Below are positions 48,242 through 57,208 of a stretch of 64,000 nucleotides of DNA, one piece after another. The stretch lies in the IMG/VR virus record IMGVR_UViG_2617270980_000003, one strand, 5' to 3'. Below the pieces are notes generated by a model that was given only the letters and a program-made list of their open reading frames with translations, had not been told where the DNA came from and made no database searches. Each line of letters opens with the position of its first letter. Positions within the stretch are counted from its first letter, which is position 1. The position numbers and the translations under genes are program-made. Source of the stretch: a virus. Taxonomy: Duplodnaviria; Heunggongvirae; Uroviricota; Caudoviricetes.

Positions 48242-48271
48242 TTGAAAAGTAACCTCATGCCTAGTTATGAT
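48242..48271 (+). promoter_or_regulatory. Putative sigma70 promoter for the KAP NTPase gene
   Basis: TTGAAA-18 nt-TATGAT ~40 bp upstream of ATG 48308; preceded by inverted repeat TTGTGC...GCACAA at 48203-48222. Confidence 0.4.
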
Positions 48272-48307
48272 GCCGTTAAATCATTAAATAAATGAGGAAA
48301 AGAAATT

Positions 48308-49657
48308 ATGCGATTGACCGCTCCTGTTAAAGCGTTCTCAGATGGTTTTAGTACAGCAGATGACATATTTGGACGTAAAAAACTTCATGACATCATCATG
48401 CGGGTAGCAACAAATGCCCCAGATAAAAGTCTTGTACTTGCGCTCAATGATGAATGGGGTAACGGAAAAACCTCATTTGTAAAAATGATGTCATCAGAAA
48501 TAAATAAAAACCATGCTGACAACTTTGACGTTATTTACTTTGACGCTTTTGAAAATGACTATCAATCAGACCCATTTGTAGCCTTAACATCAAAAATTTA
48601 TTCACTCATAAAAAAAGAAGATGGAAAGCTTAAAAACCTCGGGAAAGAGTTATTATCCATTGGTAAAAAACTAGGCGCGTCATTCGCACTTAATGGTGCA
48701 AAATTTGCCGTAAGCACTTTCACAAGTGGATTAGTCTCAGGTAACGCACTGGAGAAAGCAAGTGATGCCATCAGTGACTCTCTCACATCACCTATTGAAG
48801 AGTACATTGAAGAAAAAATAAAAACGAGCGAGAGTGAGTTAGCAACAATTGAGCAATTTAGAGCATTGCTGACCAAGATTCACACTGAGTGTGGGAAAAA
48901 AATAATATTTATAATTGATGAGCTAGACAGGTCGCGACCTGATTTTTCCCTTGACTTGCTAGAGAAAATAAAACATATATTTTCAGTGGAAGGTTTTGTT
49001 TTCTTACTAGTAGTTAACCGTGAGCAGTTTGAAAAAAGTATAGAGTGTAGATATGGGAGCATAAATACAAGATTATATTTAAATAAATTTATTCATTATT
49101 GGTTTACTCTTCCTAAAAAAAGTATGCTCTCAGTAGGCTGCCGAGCAGGCTATGAACGTTCAACGTTAACACAATATCTCCTGTCGTTAGATCAAGGGAA
49201 TGACATACTGATTCGGAATGGTTCTCTCGTAAAAACCCTCGCGTATCTTCTAGAAATGAATAACTGTTCACTGCGAGAGGCTGAGCGTTGCTATTCAACA
49301 TTCGCAATAATGAACGACCCCAGCGAAGTAAATTCCTACCGACATGAAATATTTCATGTTGCCATCGCACTAGTTGCTTTCTTGAAAATATTCAACCAAT
49401 CCTTACTCATGGAAATATTAAACAAAAAACTGACAGAAGATGAGATATTTAAACGATTATCAATTCCTGTAAACCTTGTCGATGTTTCTGAGATTTATTA
49501 TATTGCAATATTGTTAAAATACCACTTAGCCACCGATGAAGAACTACGTTCCTCTGATATGCTCACTGAGTACGCATTCATGGCTGTAATACCTGGACAA
49601 CGAGTCAAATGGTTTGAAATGATGTATGAGAAGATCGAAGGCTTTGATATTAACTGA
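48308..49657 (+). CDS. KAP-family P-loop NTPase (cargo gene in P2 old/tin hotspot)
   Basis: 449 aa; Walker A NDEWGNGKTSF, Walker B IIFIIDELDRSRPD, hydrophobic stretch between them; AT-rich by eye. Confidence 0.75.
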   Translation: MRLTAPVKAFSDGFSTADDIFGRKKLHDIIMRVATNAPDKSLVLALNDEWGNGKTSFVKMMSSEINKNHADNFDVIYFDAFENDYQSDPFVALTSKIYSLIKKEDGKLKNLGKELLSIGKKLGASFALNGAKFAVSTFTSGLVSGNALEKASDAISDSLTSPIEEYIEEKIKTSESELATIEQFRALLTKIHTECGKKIIFIIDELDRSRPDFSLDLLEKIKHIFSVEGFVFLLVVNREQFEKSIECRYGSINTRLYLNKFIHYWFTLPKKSMLSVGCRAGYERSTLTQYLLSLDQGNDILIRNGSLVKTLAYLLEMNNCSLREAERCYSTFAIMNDPSEVNSYRHEIFHVAIALVAFLKIFNQSLLMEILNKKLTEDEIFKRLSIPVNLVDVSEIYYIAILLKYHLATDEELRSSDMLTEYAFMAVIPGQRVKWFEMMYEKIEGFDIN

Positions 49658-49718
49658 TAAGCCATATTATCTTTTATCTCTATTTTGAAGCAATAAAACT
49701 AGAAGTAAACTCTAAAAA

Positions 49719-49740
49719 GCCGCCAATCCCGGCGGTCTTT
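49719..49740 (+). terminator. Rho-independent terminator after the KAP NTPase gene
   Basis: CCGCC-aatccc-GGCGG hairpin followed by TCTTT. Confidence 0.45.
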
Positions 49741-49936
49741 GAAGGGCATTACAATTTCGTGGCGCTCAGTTATACATGGATTCTTAGCAAGGACCAAGCC
49801 GCGACACACTACATTGTAGCTCCCCGCTATGTGATTTGAAGTTGCTGGCAATCAAAAAATGCTCCCTTTAGTACCACTAATTTTGTAGAGTATGGTTAAC
49901 TTTGAAAAGTTGTAATACGTCAACTAAGGAACAGCG

Positions 49937-51088
49937 ATGTCATCAGAAAAAACAATAGAACGTTTCGTTGCAGCAGATGTTAGCGGTGCAATCTGGTTAC
50001 GATTAAAACGATTAATGAGTGCGCAGCTCTGTAAGAAAATAATAGAAAATAATCATCCGTCATTGCAAGAGGATGTATTGATTAAAAAATCCATTGGAAT
50101 GTCCTCCGCAATACGAAGTGCAATCGGATATTGGGAGACTGAAAATGGCGGACTCAATTCAAAAATTTTATCCAGATATTATGCATTATTACAGATAAGC
50201 TTAGCTGAACAAATATCATCAGGGGATCCTAACGACGATTTAAAAAATGTTCAAAAGCATACGGTTTCAGGTCATGGGCTATTCACACAATCTGTTGAAA
50301 ATGAAACATTCCCAGACAATATAAAAATAGGCTGTCTTAAAAGTGGACATTTTTATTCATATGCAAAGCATATAGGAATTGATATCAAACAGTATGCAAC
50401 AGAAAGACGTCCAAAAAAAGATGAAGATTTAGACCCATCACGCACCTATTCTTTAACTGATTTATTAAAACGAATTCCAGAATTAAGACCGCTTTTACAA
50501 GAAACTTTCGGTGAAGATCCACTTTCATTCCAAATTGGACAAGCAAGTAGAAACATGCTCTTAAGATCAAGGAATCAGTCACTCGGTGGCCTATCGCGTC
50601 CTAAACCAGAGTTCTCAGGTTTTACATATGCCGCAATTTATCCCAAAGGTAGCGATGTAACAGCAGAAGAGCTTAATTCTTACAACATTGGAATAAAAAA
50701 CATTGAAATTGAGTCAGAAGAAAACCTCACAAAATATGACCAACCATATTTTGTAGGAGAAGTCCATCACCCTGAAGATGAGCTATGGTGGGATTATGTC
50801 ACGACACACAAATCTGGTTATTGTGGAACGAGTGTAATTGTCCCATTTTGGGGAACTCAAGATCCCTTTGTATTACACTTAGTCGTATTATATACATTAA
50901 GCATTATAGTCAGGTATCTCCCTGACACTTGGTATGAGATTGAGCATGGCAAACTTGATTATATTAATTCCCTTTTGGAAAATTATTTAGCTATTTTTGA
51001 TAGTGTACTGCCTAAACTTGCGGTTGAAAGATTAACGAAAGTTCATTTGGTAGTAACAGCACCCGATAGCATGAATTCCCCTATCTAA
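49937..51088 (+). CDS. Hypothetical protein (second cargo gene in hotspot), no recognisable domain
   Basis: 383-aa ORF, AT-rich, own upstream region; C-terminal hydrophobic segment PFVLHLVVLYTLSIIVRYL. Confidence 0.6.
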   Translation: MSSEKTIERFVAADVSGAIWLRLKRLMSAQLCKKIIENNHPSLQEDVLIKKSIGMSSAIRSAIGYWETENGGLNSKILSRYYALLQISLAEQISSGDPNDDLKNVQKHTVSGHGLFTQSVENETFPDNIKIGCLKSGHFYSYAKHIGIDIKQYATERRPKKDEDLDPSRTYSLTDLLKRIPELRPLLQETFGEDPLSFQIGQASRNMLLRSRNQSLGGLSRPKPEFSGFTYAAIYPKGSDVTAEELNSYNIGIKNIEIESEENLTKYDQPYFVGEVHHPEDELWWDYVTTHKSGYCGTSVIVPFWGTQDPFVLHLVVLYTLSIIVRYLPDTWYEIEHGKLDYINSLLENYLAIFDSVLPKLAVERLTKVHLVVTAPDSMNSPI

Positions 51089-51092
51089 CCAC

Positions 51093-51136
51093 TTTCAGAA
51101 TAACAAGATTTTTTACAACACCTTGTTATTCTGAAA
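51093..51136. repeat. Perfect 15-bp inverted repeat (hairpin) between convergent cargo gene and A-operon end
   Basis: TTTCAGAATAACAAG-14 nt-CTTGTTATTCTGAAA. Confidence 0.5.
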
Positions 51137-51157
51137 CTTATACCTTACAACACATTA

Positions 51158-51469
51158 TCAATCATCATCTTGGTCATCCCCAGTGTCGCGAACGCATGAT
51201 TTTGACTCAAAGTATTTTTTTTCCGCAGCGGTAATCAGGGCTTGGTGTTCAGGGAAATCACGAAACACGTCTACTGCGGGCCATTCAATTTTCGTCACAA
51301 CCAACTTAGGCCTACTTTCCACCTCAGCTTCATCCTGGCTGATATAATGACTTTTTGACTCACGTTCCTCATGCGAAGATTCTCGATAATAGAGCCAATT
51401 TTGATAGTCAGCTTCCCGTTCATAATCATCAAAGTACTTGCCCACGCTTCCCCCCATTAATGAGCGCAA
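51158..51469 (-). CDS. Hypothetical acidic small protein downstream of A (overlaps A 3' end)
   Basis: 103-aa ORF with C-terminal ...DTGDDQDDD; may be spurious. Confidence 0.3.
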   Translation of the reverse strand: MRSLMGGSVGKYFDDYEREADYQNWLYYRESSHEERESKSHYISQDEAEVESRPKLVVTKIEWPAVDVFRDFPEHQALITAAEKKYFESKSCVRDTGDDQDDD

Positions 51470-54008
51470 CCCTTAATCTTTCAAGGAGTACATCATTCTC
51501 CCGCTTCCTTTCCGCTTTAACTCTCTGCTTAACTTCATCGCGGCGCTGTTCGACTACTTCTACCCCCTTCAGCTTCATAGTACAAGCCAAGCAGAGCTTT
51601 TCATCGCCATAGGTTATATCATCCTGATTTAACTCCGCATTACAATCTCTAGCCCTACAGTAAATTGCTTTGGTCTTTTCTACCAGATAGCCATCCTTCA
51701 GATAAACATGTCGATCATCAAAAGAAAGCAAAGCCCCGCGACGAAGGGCATCAATATCAGGCTTGGACTTAATTCCCCAAGAGGAAAGCTGATAGCGAAG
51801 GTGAGCAGTCATTGGTGTGGCCTCCACAACACTGCTCCGCCGGGTTGCTGATTCATCGCGGATAGCCGCCGCCACTTTCATGTAATTTTCAGCGCGCTCC
51901 TGATCTGCGCTATCGCAATCTGAAGCGGCAATAGCATTGGCAAGCGACTCAAACACATCAGCAGGTGATTTTTGCTGTTTTGGTTTGTAATTTCTGATGC
52001 TCTCATTAAGCCGTTTTTTCTGCTCTCGGCTCATTTGACCAATTTCATATTGTTCTGGATCTTCAGGCGGTGGATTTACCGCCCCTTGATTTGTATGTTT
52101 TTTGTACTCAGTACAGTTATTGACACGAGTCCAAGAGGGCGCGGGCGCGCCCTTAAGGTCAAAACCTCGATCGGCGGCGTCGTCTGCTTTTGGCTTCTTT
52201 TTGACAATGCGATAAGAATGGAGGCGGGTTTCAACCGGAGGAACGGTCGATGCTGGCATGACCACCCCTTTAATAACCCTCTGAAACTCGCCGTAACTGC
52301 TCGGCTCATCCCGATATTGATACCAGGCGCGCAACACAAGCCTATTCCGTGTCACGAACGGACCACCCTGCAAGGTGATGTAGTCCTGCCAGTTCCCGGC
52401 ATGGGCGGCGCGGTGTAACTCACCGAAAACCGGACTGATTCGATCTGCCATTTCCTGATTCTTCAGGCGGCGTAACTCACGCCAGACGGACACCGGCGCG
52501 CCACCCAGAAACTGAAACTGACGAATGCCCCAGCATGAAGCCCAGGCAGTAGCGTGTTTTGCTGTCTCCTTCAGTGGGCGTCCGCTTTCGTCGTCGCTTT
52601 CACCATCCAGTGCATAACCGTCGATGTTTTTAGATATGTACTTAACGACATATCCAGTAGCGCTCCCCAAAGCCGGATCTATCGGCTTAAGTTCAAAGCG
52701 GGGCTGTTTGCCATTCTTGCCGGTGAGTTCATCAGCATCTTCACGCGTGGCGTAGTCTTCCATCACTTCCAGCAATTCGCCGGTATGCTCTGGGGCTGTG
52801 AACAGAAGGCCATGCCAATGCGGAGTACCATCATGGTGAGACTCTGCAACACGAAGGCCAAAAACAGAAATCTCACGGCGCGCAAGCTCCGCGCGGATCA
52901 GTTGCCAGACGCGATTAAGGTAGTTTTGTGTCTTGCGGGGGCTGGCTCCGTTCCATTTGCGGTTACGATGCCCGAACGCTGTAAAGGCATGATATTTAGA
53001 CGGCGCGGTCAGGGTGAAGAAACTGCCGGCAAACCCGCTTTCCGTTGCCACCTTCTCAAATCCACCAATGCGCGTCATCAACTCAACACGGCGCTTTTCA
53101 GGATTAGAAATGCTCTTATCAATCTGCTCTATCAGCGAAATGCGCTCACCAGTTACCTGATCTTCAAGTTCAAGGCGGCTCATAATTGCGCGGCTACGCT
53201 TACGGCGTGAATCCCACTGCGTAACGTGGTGTTTGCTGCAATACGGTGAAACATCGCGGCGCACGTCACCATAGGCAATGTGCAAATGCTCGCGCCAGCG
53301 GCGGGCGTACTTGCGCAGGAGGCGTGACCAAAAGCGATCATGAAGGGTTTTTTGTATTGCTGCTGTCGCTTCATCAAGCGCCATCCGGCGCTTCTTCGCC
53401 CAGGGCGGCACTAACCTGAAATACGCAATCAGCCTGGAGCCTTCACGCAGCATGCGTTTGGTGTATTCAGTATCGTTGAACACACTTGCACCCTCGCTCA
53501 CTTCAGCCAAAACAGCATTGGCATAAATGGCTATGTCCTGAGCCAGCAAATCAATATCTTCATCCGTGCAATCCGCCAGATTATTAAAGCGGCGGACAAG
53601 TTCACGCAGATTTTCAAACGAGTGAAACAGTGGGTTTAGTTCAGAGAAAATGATCCACTCATTGTCTTCTGGCACAGCGTATTGTTTCGTGACGTTTCTG
53701 ACGTGTGGAAGCTCGCGCTTAACGATGTCGCGCAACTTCAGTTTTGCGATATGGCGCCCTTTATCCTCGTGAACGGTATTTATGTAAGAGGCAATGCGGC
53801 GGCGAATGAAGATAGGCAACGGCTTGAGGGGATTTTCAACCCAGGCGAAAAACTCCTGCTCTTGACCCAATTCATATAGATCAACAGCGGGAGCCTTATC
53901 AACGAAGATGGCGGCTTTTGGCTCATTCCAGGCGTAAGCATACCGGGCTGGCTCGATAGAGCCTCCCGGCATGTTGGTCATGCTATGAGAGCGGCGAAAT
54001 GAAGACAT
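51429..54008 (-). CDS. A: Rolling-circle replication initiator (P2 gpA-like HUH endonuclease)
   Basis: 859 aa; HUH motif ...HHDGTPHWHGLLF... and Tyr motif ...GYVVKYISKN...; early-operon position. Confidence 0.85.
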   Translation of the reverse strand: MSSFRRSHSMTNMPGGSIEPARYAYAWNEPKAAIFVDKAPAVDLYELGQEQEFFAWVENPLKPLPIFIRRRIASYINTVHEDKGRHIAKLKLRDIVKRELPHVRNVTKQYAVPEDNEWIIFSELNPLFHSFENLRELVRRFNNLADCTDEDIDLLAQDIAIYANAVLAEVSEGASVFNDTEYTKRMLREGSRLIAYFRLVPPWAKKRRMALDEATAAIQKTLHDRFWSRLLRKYARRWREHLHIAYGDVRRDVSPYCSKHHVTQWDSRRKRSRAIMSRLELEDQVTGERISLIEQIDKSISNPEKRRVELMTRIGGFEKVATESGFAGSFFTLTAPSKYHAFTAFGHRNRKWNGASPRKTQNYLNRVWQLIRAELARREISVFGLRVAESHHDGTPHWHGLLFTAPEHTGELLEVMEDYATREDADELTGKNGKQPRFELKPIDPALGSATGYVVKYISKNIDGYALDGESDDESGRPLKETAKHATAWASCWGIRQFQFLGGAPVSVWRELRRLKNQEMADRISPVFGELHRAAHAGNWQDYITLQGGPFVTRNRLVLRAWYQYRDEPSSYGEFQRVIKGVVMPASTVPPVETRLHSYRIVKKKPKADDAADRGFDLKGAPAPSWTRVNNCTEYKKHTNQGAVNPPPEDPEQYEIGQMSREQKKRLNESIRNYKPKQQKSPADVFESLANAIAASDCDSADQERAENYMKVAAAIRDESATRRSSVVEATPMTAHLRYQLSSWGIKSKPDIDALRRGALLSFDDRHVYLKDGYLVEKTKAIYCRARDCNAELNQDDITYGDEKLCLACTMKLKGVEVVEQRRDEVKQRVKAERKRENDVLLERLRVALINGGKRGQVL

Positions 54009-54190
54009 TAAGCCGCCTCAGATGAAAACCGTGTCGCCTGGCTGTATCGCTCTTGCGTCACGTTCAGAGTAGGTGATCAGGTCTGTATTGCTGTAACCAC
54101 CCTCGCCCAGAACTTCAACGCGAGTGATCCAATAATTACGGCGCGGGAGAACATCCAGCACCTTTGTCACTACAACCTCAACGGTATTCA

Positions 54191-54655
54191 TCAGAATGGC
54201 GCTCCATCATCAAAATCGAACGGGGGAGGCGTCGTCTTCCATGTCACCGGTTTACCTGGTTTACATTTCCGCGCGGCCTTGACTGTTGGATAGTTGAGGG
54301 AATGCCGGACAACTTCATCAGTCCACAAATCGTGCGCCTCGAAATCAACGCGCCAGCAACCTTTGCTAATGCAGCGGCGTGAAAAAACGCGCGTAACAAC
54401 GGCGCAAACCGTATGACTTTCAGGCTCGGCTTCAGCGGCAGGATCAAAGCCAAGAAAAACAAGCTCACTACTGTGAGACTTAATCAGGGGATCAAGAACC
54501 GCCCCGAAAGACTTACGAAGCGTCTTTTCAACATCAGGGCCAGCCAAAAGACCTGCATAACCAGCGTGAATTAATGCAGCCTCTTTTGCCTTTTCTAACG
54601 CCGCTATCGCGCCTTGCAGATAGCTCACGTGATCGTTAATGGACGGAGTAATCAT
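54191..54655 (-). CDS. Hypothetical protein (154 aa from ATG 54655) with SSB C-terminus-like tail
   Basis: Start ATG overlaps dam stop (TGATG); C-terminus ...PPPFDFDDGAPF resembles the SSB tip D-F-D-D-D-I-P-F. Confidence 0.5.
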   Translation of the reverse strand: MITPSINDHVSYLQGAIAALEKAKEAALIHAGYAGLLAGPDVEKTLRKSFGAVLDPLIKSHSSELVFLGFDPAAEAEPESHTVCAVVTRVFSRRCISKGCWRVDFEAHDLWTDEVVRHSLNYPTVKAARKCKPGKPVTWKTTPPPFDFDDGAPF

Positions 54656-55647
54656 CAGAAGTCCTCTGCTGCTGTGTATGAATCGCAGATCTCGCAGTTG
54701 CGACAGCAAAAGGTATCGCTTCCAGATTCATAGCCATCGCCAGCAACGGCAGGGCAACAGGTAGCGCAATAACCACGCCCTACTTGCCCGCACTCGTCAC
54801 AGACGAGCAGCGAACCAATCACCTCACCCGCGAGATTGCGTGTTTTTGCTCCCACAGAACGCCGGACTTCGAATGAGTTAAGGGTGAACGGGTAGTAAAT
54901 TTGGCGCGTTTCCGGGGTGTCACTGCCGGAAATAACAGAGGGTATTTTTGCCTGGTTGTAGAGGCGTGAAAGCATCGCAACCAGGGCGCGATGGTCTTCA
55001 TCAGTAAAGGGCTTACCGTATGCAGTAAAATTTGCAGTCTCGCTGGCTGGCAGGTATGGAGGATCGCAATAAACCACGCAGCCTGAATGCCCGATAGATA
55101 GAGGAATTGTTTCTCTGAAATCACCATGCAGGAACATTGCCCCTTTGTCCCAAGCCCTTTTTGCAAAATGCTGAATCTCAGCCACAGGGAAAATTGGCTT
55201 CTTACGAAAACCAAAAGGAACGTTGAATTCATTCTTTAAATTAACACGGTAAACACCGTTGTAGCAGTGACGATTCAAATAAAGAAATAGCGCTGCATAT
55301 TTAACTAATTCATCATTTGTATATTGCTCTCTATGCCCTGCGTACTCGCGATTAAAAATATTGAAGTCATCACGATTTATGTAATATGCATCTTCATTAT
55401 TACCAGTCAAAAACAAGGCGGATGCATAAGTTAAAAGCGCTTCTGTGTTGCGCTTAACCATAGAGAAGAAATTAATTAGGGCTGCATTGCTATCACACAG
55501 AATATAGGTTTTATAGTCTGTATTCAGAAAGACGCTACCACTACCCACAAAAGGCTCAACGAGGCATTCACCCTGCGGCAGAGCATCCAGTACATGAGGC
55601 ATCGCGCGAGACTTGCCGCCAGCCCAGATCAGAGGGGAGTTAATCAC
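54655..55647 (-). CDS. dam: Dam-like DNA N6-adenine methyltransferase with Cys-rich C-terminal extension; start revised to GTG 55647
   Basis: ...LIWAGGKSRAM... and DPPY motif (VVYCDPPYLP); C-terminal ...CDECGQVGRGYCATCC...CCRNCEICD; GTG 55647 preceded by AAGGAG, track ATG 55719 has no SD. Confidence 0.75.
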   Translation of the reverse strand: MINSPLIWAGGKSRAMPHVLDALPQGECLVEPFVGSGSVFLNTDYKTYILCDSNAALINFFSMVKRNTEALLTYASALFLTGNNEDAYYINRDDFNIFNREYAGHREQYTNDELVKYAALFLYLNRHCYNGVYRVNLKNEFNVPFGFRKKPIFPVAEIQHFAKRAWDKGAMFLHGDFRETIPLSIGHSGCVVYCDPPYLPASETANFTAYGKPFTDEDHRALVAMLSRLYNQAKIPSVISGSDTPETRQIYYPFTLNSFEVRRSVGAKTRNLAGEVIGSLLVCDECGQVGRGYCATCCPAVAGDGYESGSDTFCCRNCEICDSYTAAEDF

Positions 55648-55807
55648 TTTTTTGCTCCTTGATTTCTGCGGCCTGTTCTCTGTTGTCGATCCAGTTTTCC
55701 AGGCTGCGATAAATTTCATTGGTGGACAGTTTTTCTTTTTTCAGCAAGGTTAATTTGATACGTAACAATCCAAGCAGGTGCGCGCGTTCATTTGTTTGAA
55801 TTGTCAT
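55640..55807 (-). CDS. Small ORF (55 aa), not in ORF track, translationally coupled to dam
   Basis: ATG 55807 preceded by AGGGGG; MTIQTNERAHLLGLLRIKLTLLKKEKLSTNEIYRSLENWIDNREQAAEIKEQKSD; stop overlaps dam GTG. Confidence 0.45.
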   Translation of the reverse strand: MTIQTNERAHLLGLLRIKLTLLKKEKLSTNEIYRSLENWIDNREQAAEIKEQKSD

Positions 55808-55887
55808 AATCAACCCCCTGAAAAAAGATAAAGCGAAGCCCCGGTAAAAACGCCGTAAATAAAATGATTTAGATTGCAGTTAATTAA

Positions 55888-56169
55888 TTAGCGAGCGCCG
55901 CTATTCCAGTATTTTTCTAATTCAATACTGAAGGTGTCACATATAGAGCCACCCGGAAGAATAGAAAATTGAATGCCCGTTTCCTTACATCGCACCTCAA
56001 AACCATTTTTCGCTATATCAGACAGTGCCATTCCCTGAACAACATTACGCGACTTGCTGTGTTGGTGATTTGGACCATAGCCACTACGGGACGGCGTGCG
56101 GGTTCCGTCCTGCCTGGAAGCATTGACGCTCTGGCGAGCGTTCAGAATAGCTGCGGTTGAAGTAGTCAT
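55888..56169 (-). CDS. hypothetical protein, P2-like early operon
   Basis: 93-aa ORF in tight array. Confidence 0.4.
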   Translation of the reverse strand: MTTSTAAILNARQSVNASRQDGTRTPSRSGYGPNHQHSKSRNVVQGMALSDIAKNGFEVRCKETGIQFSILPGGSICDTFSIELEKYWNSGAR

Positions 56170-56363
56170 TATTTCCCCCGATGAAGCTGATCAATCGTCT
56201 GACGGGCCTGAGACAGACCGAAGTCCAGCCCCAGATAATTTCCGCCTTTGGTGATTTGGTAGCGCTGCCGTGAATACGGCTTTTTGCGCGGCAACTTCAC
56301 GATCGTGAAGCCGCGATAAATTGCTGTTTTGCTGTTGATTTGGATAAGCATCGCAAACTCCAT
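56169..56363 (-). CDS. hypothetical protein, P2-like early operon
   Basis: 64-aa ORF immediately after cox. Confidence 0.4.
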   Translation of the reverse strand: MEFAMLIQINSKTAIYRGFTIVKLPRKKPYSRQRYQITKGGNYLGLDFGLSQARQTIDQLHRGK

Positions 56364-56367
56364 GTAG

Positions 56368-56643
56368 TTATGAACGATCGCCCAATCCTAACCACATCAA
56401 CCACCCCTCTCTGATTTCCTTCGGACGGCTTTCATATGCTAGTTTCATGCCGTTGTTCCATGCCGGAAGATATACCCAGTATTCTCCCGCACGCCCAGAC
56501 GTGGATTGCGGATCGGTCATTTCAATAACGGGCAACTTCCCTTTTTCGATCATTCCCTTCACGGCTGCCGGTGTTTTACCGATGAGTTTTGCAAACTCCT
56601 GGTAAGGAACCGCGTCAGTTGCACTTACAAGCTGTCTGTTCAT
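56368..56643 (-). CDS. cox: Cox-like regulator/excisionase (P2 Cox position)
   Basis: 91 aa, divergent from C repressor gene, first gene of early operon. Confidence 0.65.
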   Translation of the reverse strand: MNRQLVSATDAVPYQEFAKLIGKTPAAVKGMIEKGKLPVIEMTDPQSTSGRAGEYWVYLPAWNNGMKLAYESRPKEIREGWLMWLGLGDRS

Positions 56644-56668
56644 CTGTTACATTCTCCTATCGTGCAAC

Positions 56669-56698
56669 TAATTGCTCTTAATGGGCTTTAATTGCTCT
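56669..56698. promoter_or_regulatory. C/cox switch operators: two direct repeats TAATTGCTCT spaced 20 bp
   Basis: Repeats at 56669-56678 and 56689-56698; P2 C repressor is known to bind directly repeated half-sites. Confidence 0.5.
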
Positions 56699-56763
56699 GA
56701 ATGAATAACCAGAAAGGGGTTAAACACACCCTTTCGAGTCAATATTCTTAGATAGGAGTAACT

Positions 56764-57063
56764 ATGTCAACCCCGATATTTGAAAAGATAAAACTCATCC
56801 GTGAATCAGAAAGGTTAAACAAGAGGCAATTCAGCGAGTTAACGGGCATTGCCTATAGCACGTTGGGGGGCTACGAATCTGGAGTTAAAAGTCCCGGCGT
56901 AGAAGCCATAATGAAAATGCTACAGCACCCCAGATTTAGTAAATACACCCTGTGGTTTATGACCGATCAAATTGCTCCTGAAGCCGGTCAGATTGCACCG
57001 GCACTCGCACACTTTGGGCAAGATGTAACAACATCGCAGCACTCAGACCAAAAGACTGGTTAA
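56764..57063 (+). CDS. C: Immunity repressor C (P2 C-like)
   Basis: 99 aa; ...FSKYTLWFMTDQIAPEAGQIAPALAHFGQ... matches P2 C as recalled. Confidence 0.85.
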   Translation: MSTPIFEKIKLIRESERLNKRQFSELTGIAYSTLGGYESGVKSPGVEAIMKMLQHPRFSKYTLWFMTDQIAPEAGQIAPALAHFGQDVTTSQHSDQKTG

Positions 57064-57208
57064 CTATTCACCGTGCGTATATTTATTACAAAATTTGTTT
57101 ACTTGTTGCTAAGTATGACAAATACAACAAATTTGCTGGAGATACGCGCAAAGCCAAAGTAACAGCAGCAAAGAAAAAGCAACTTATCGCCATTCGTCCG
57201 GGGGTCTT

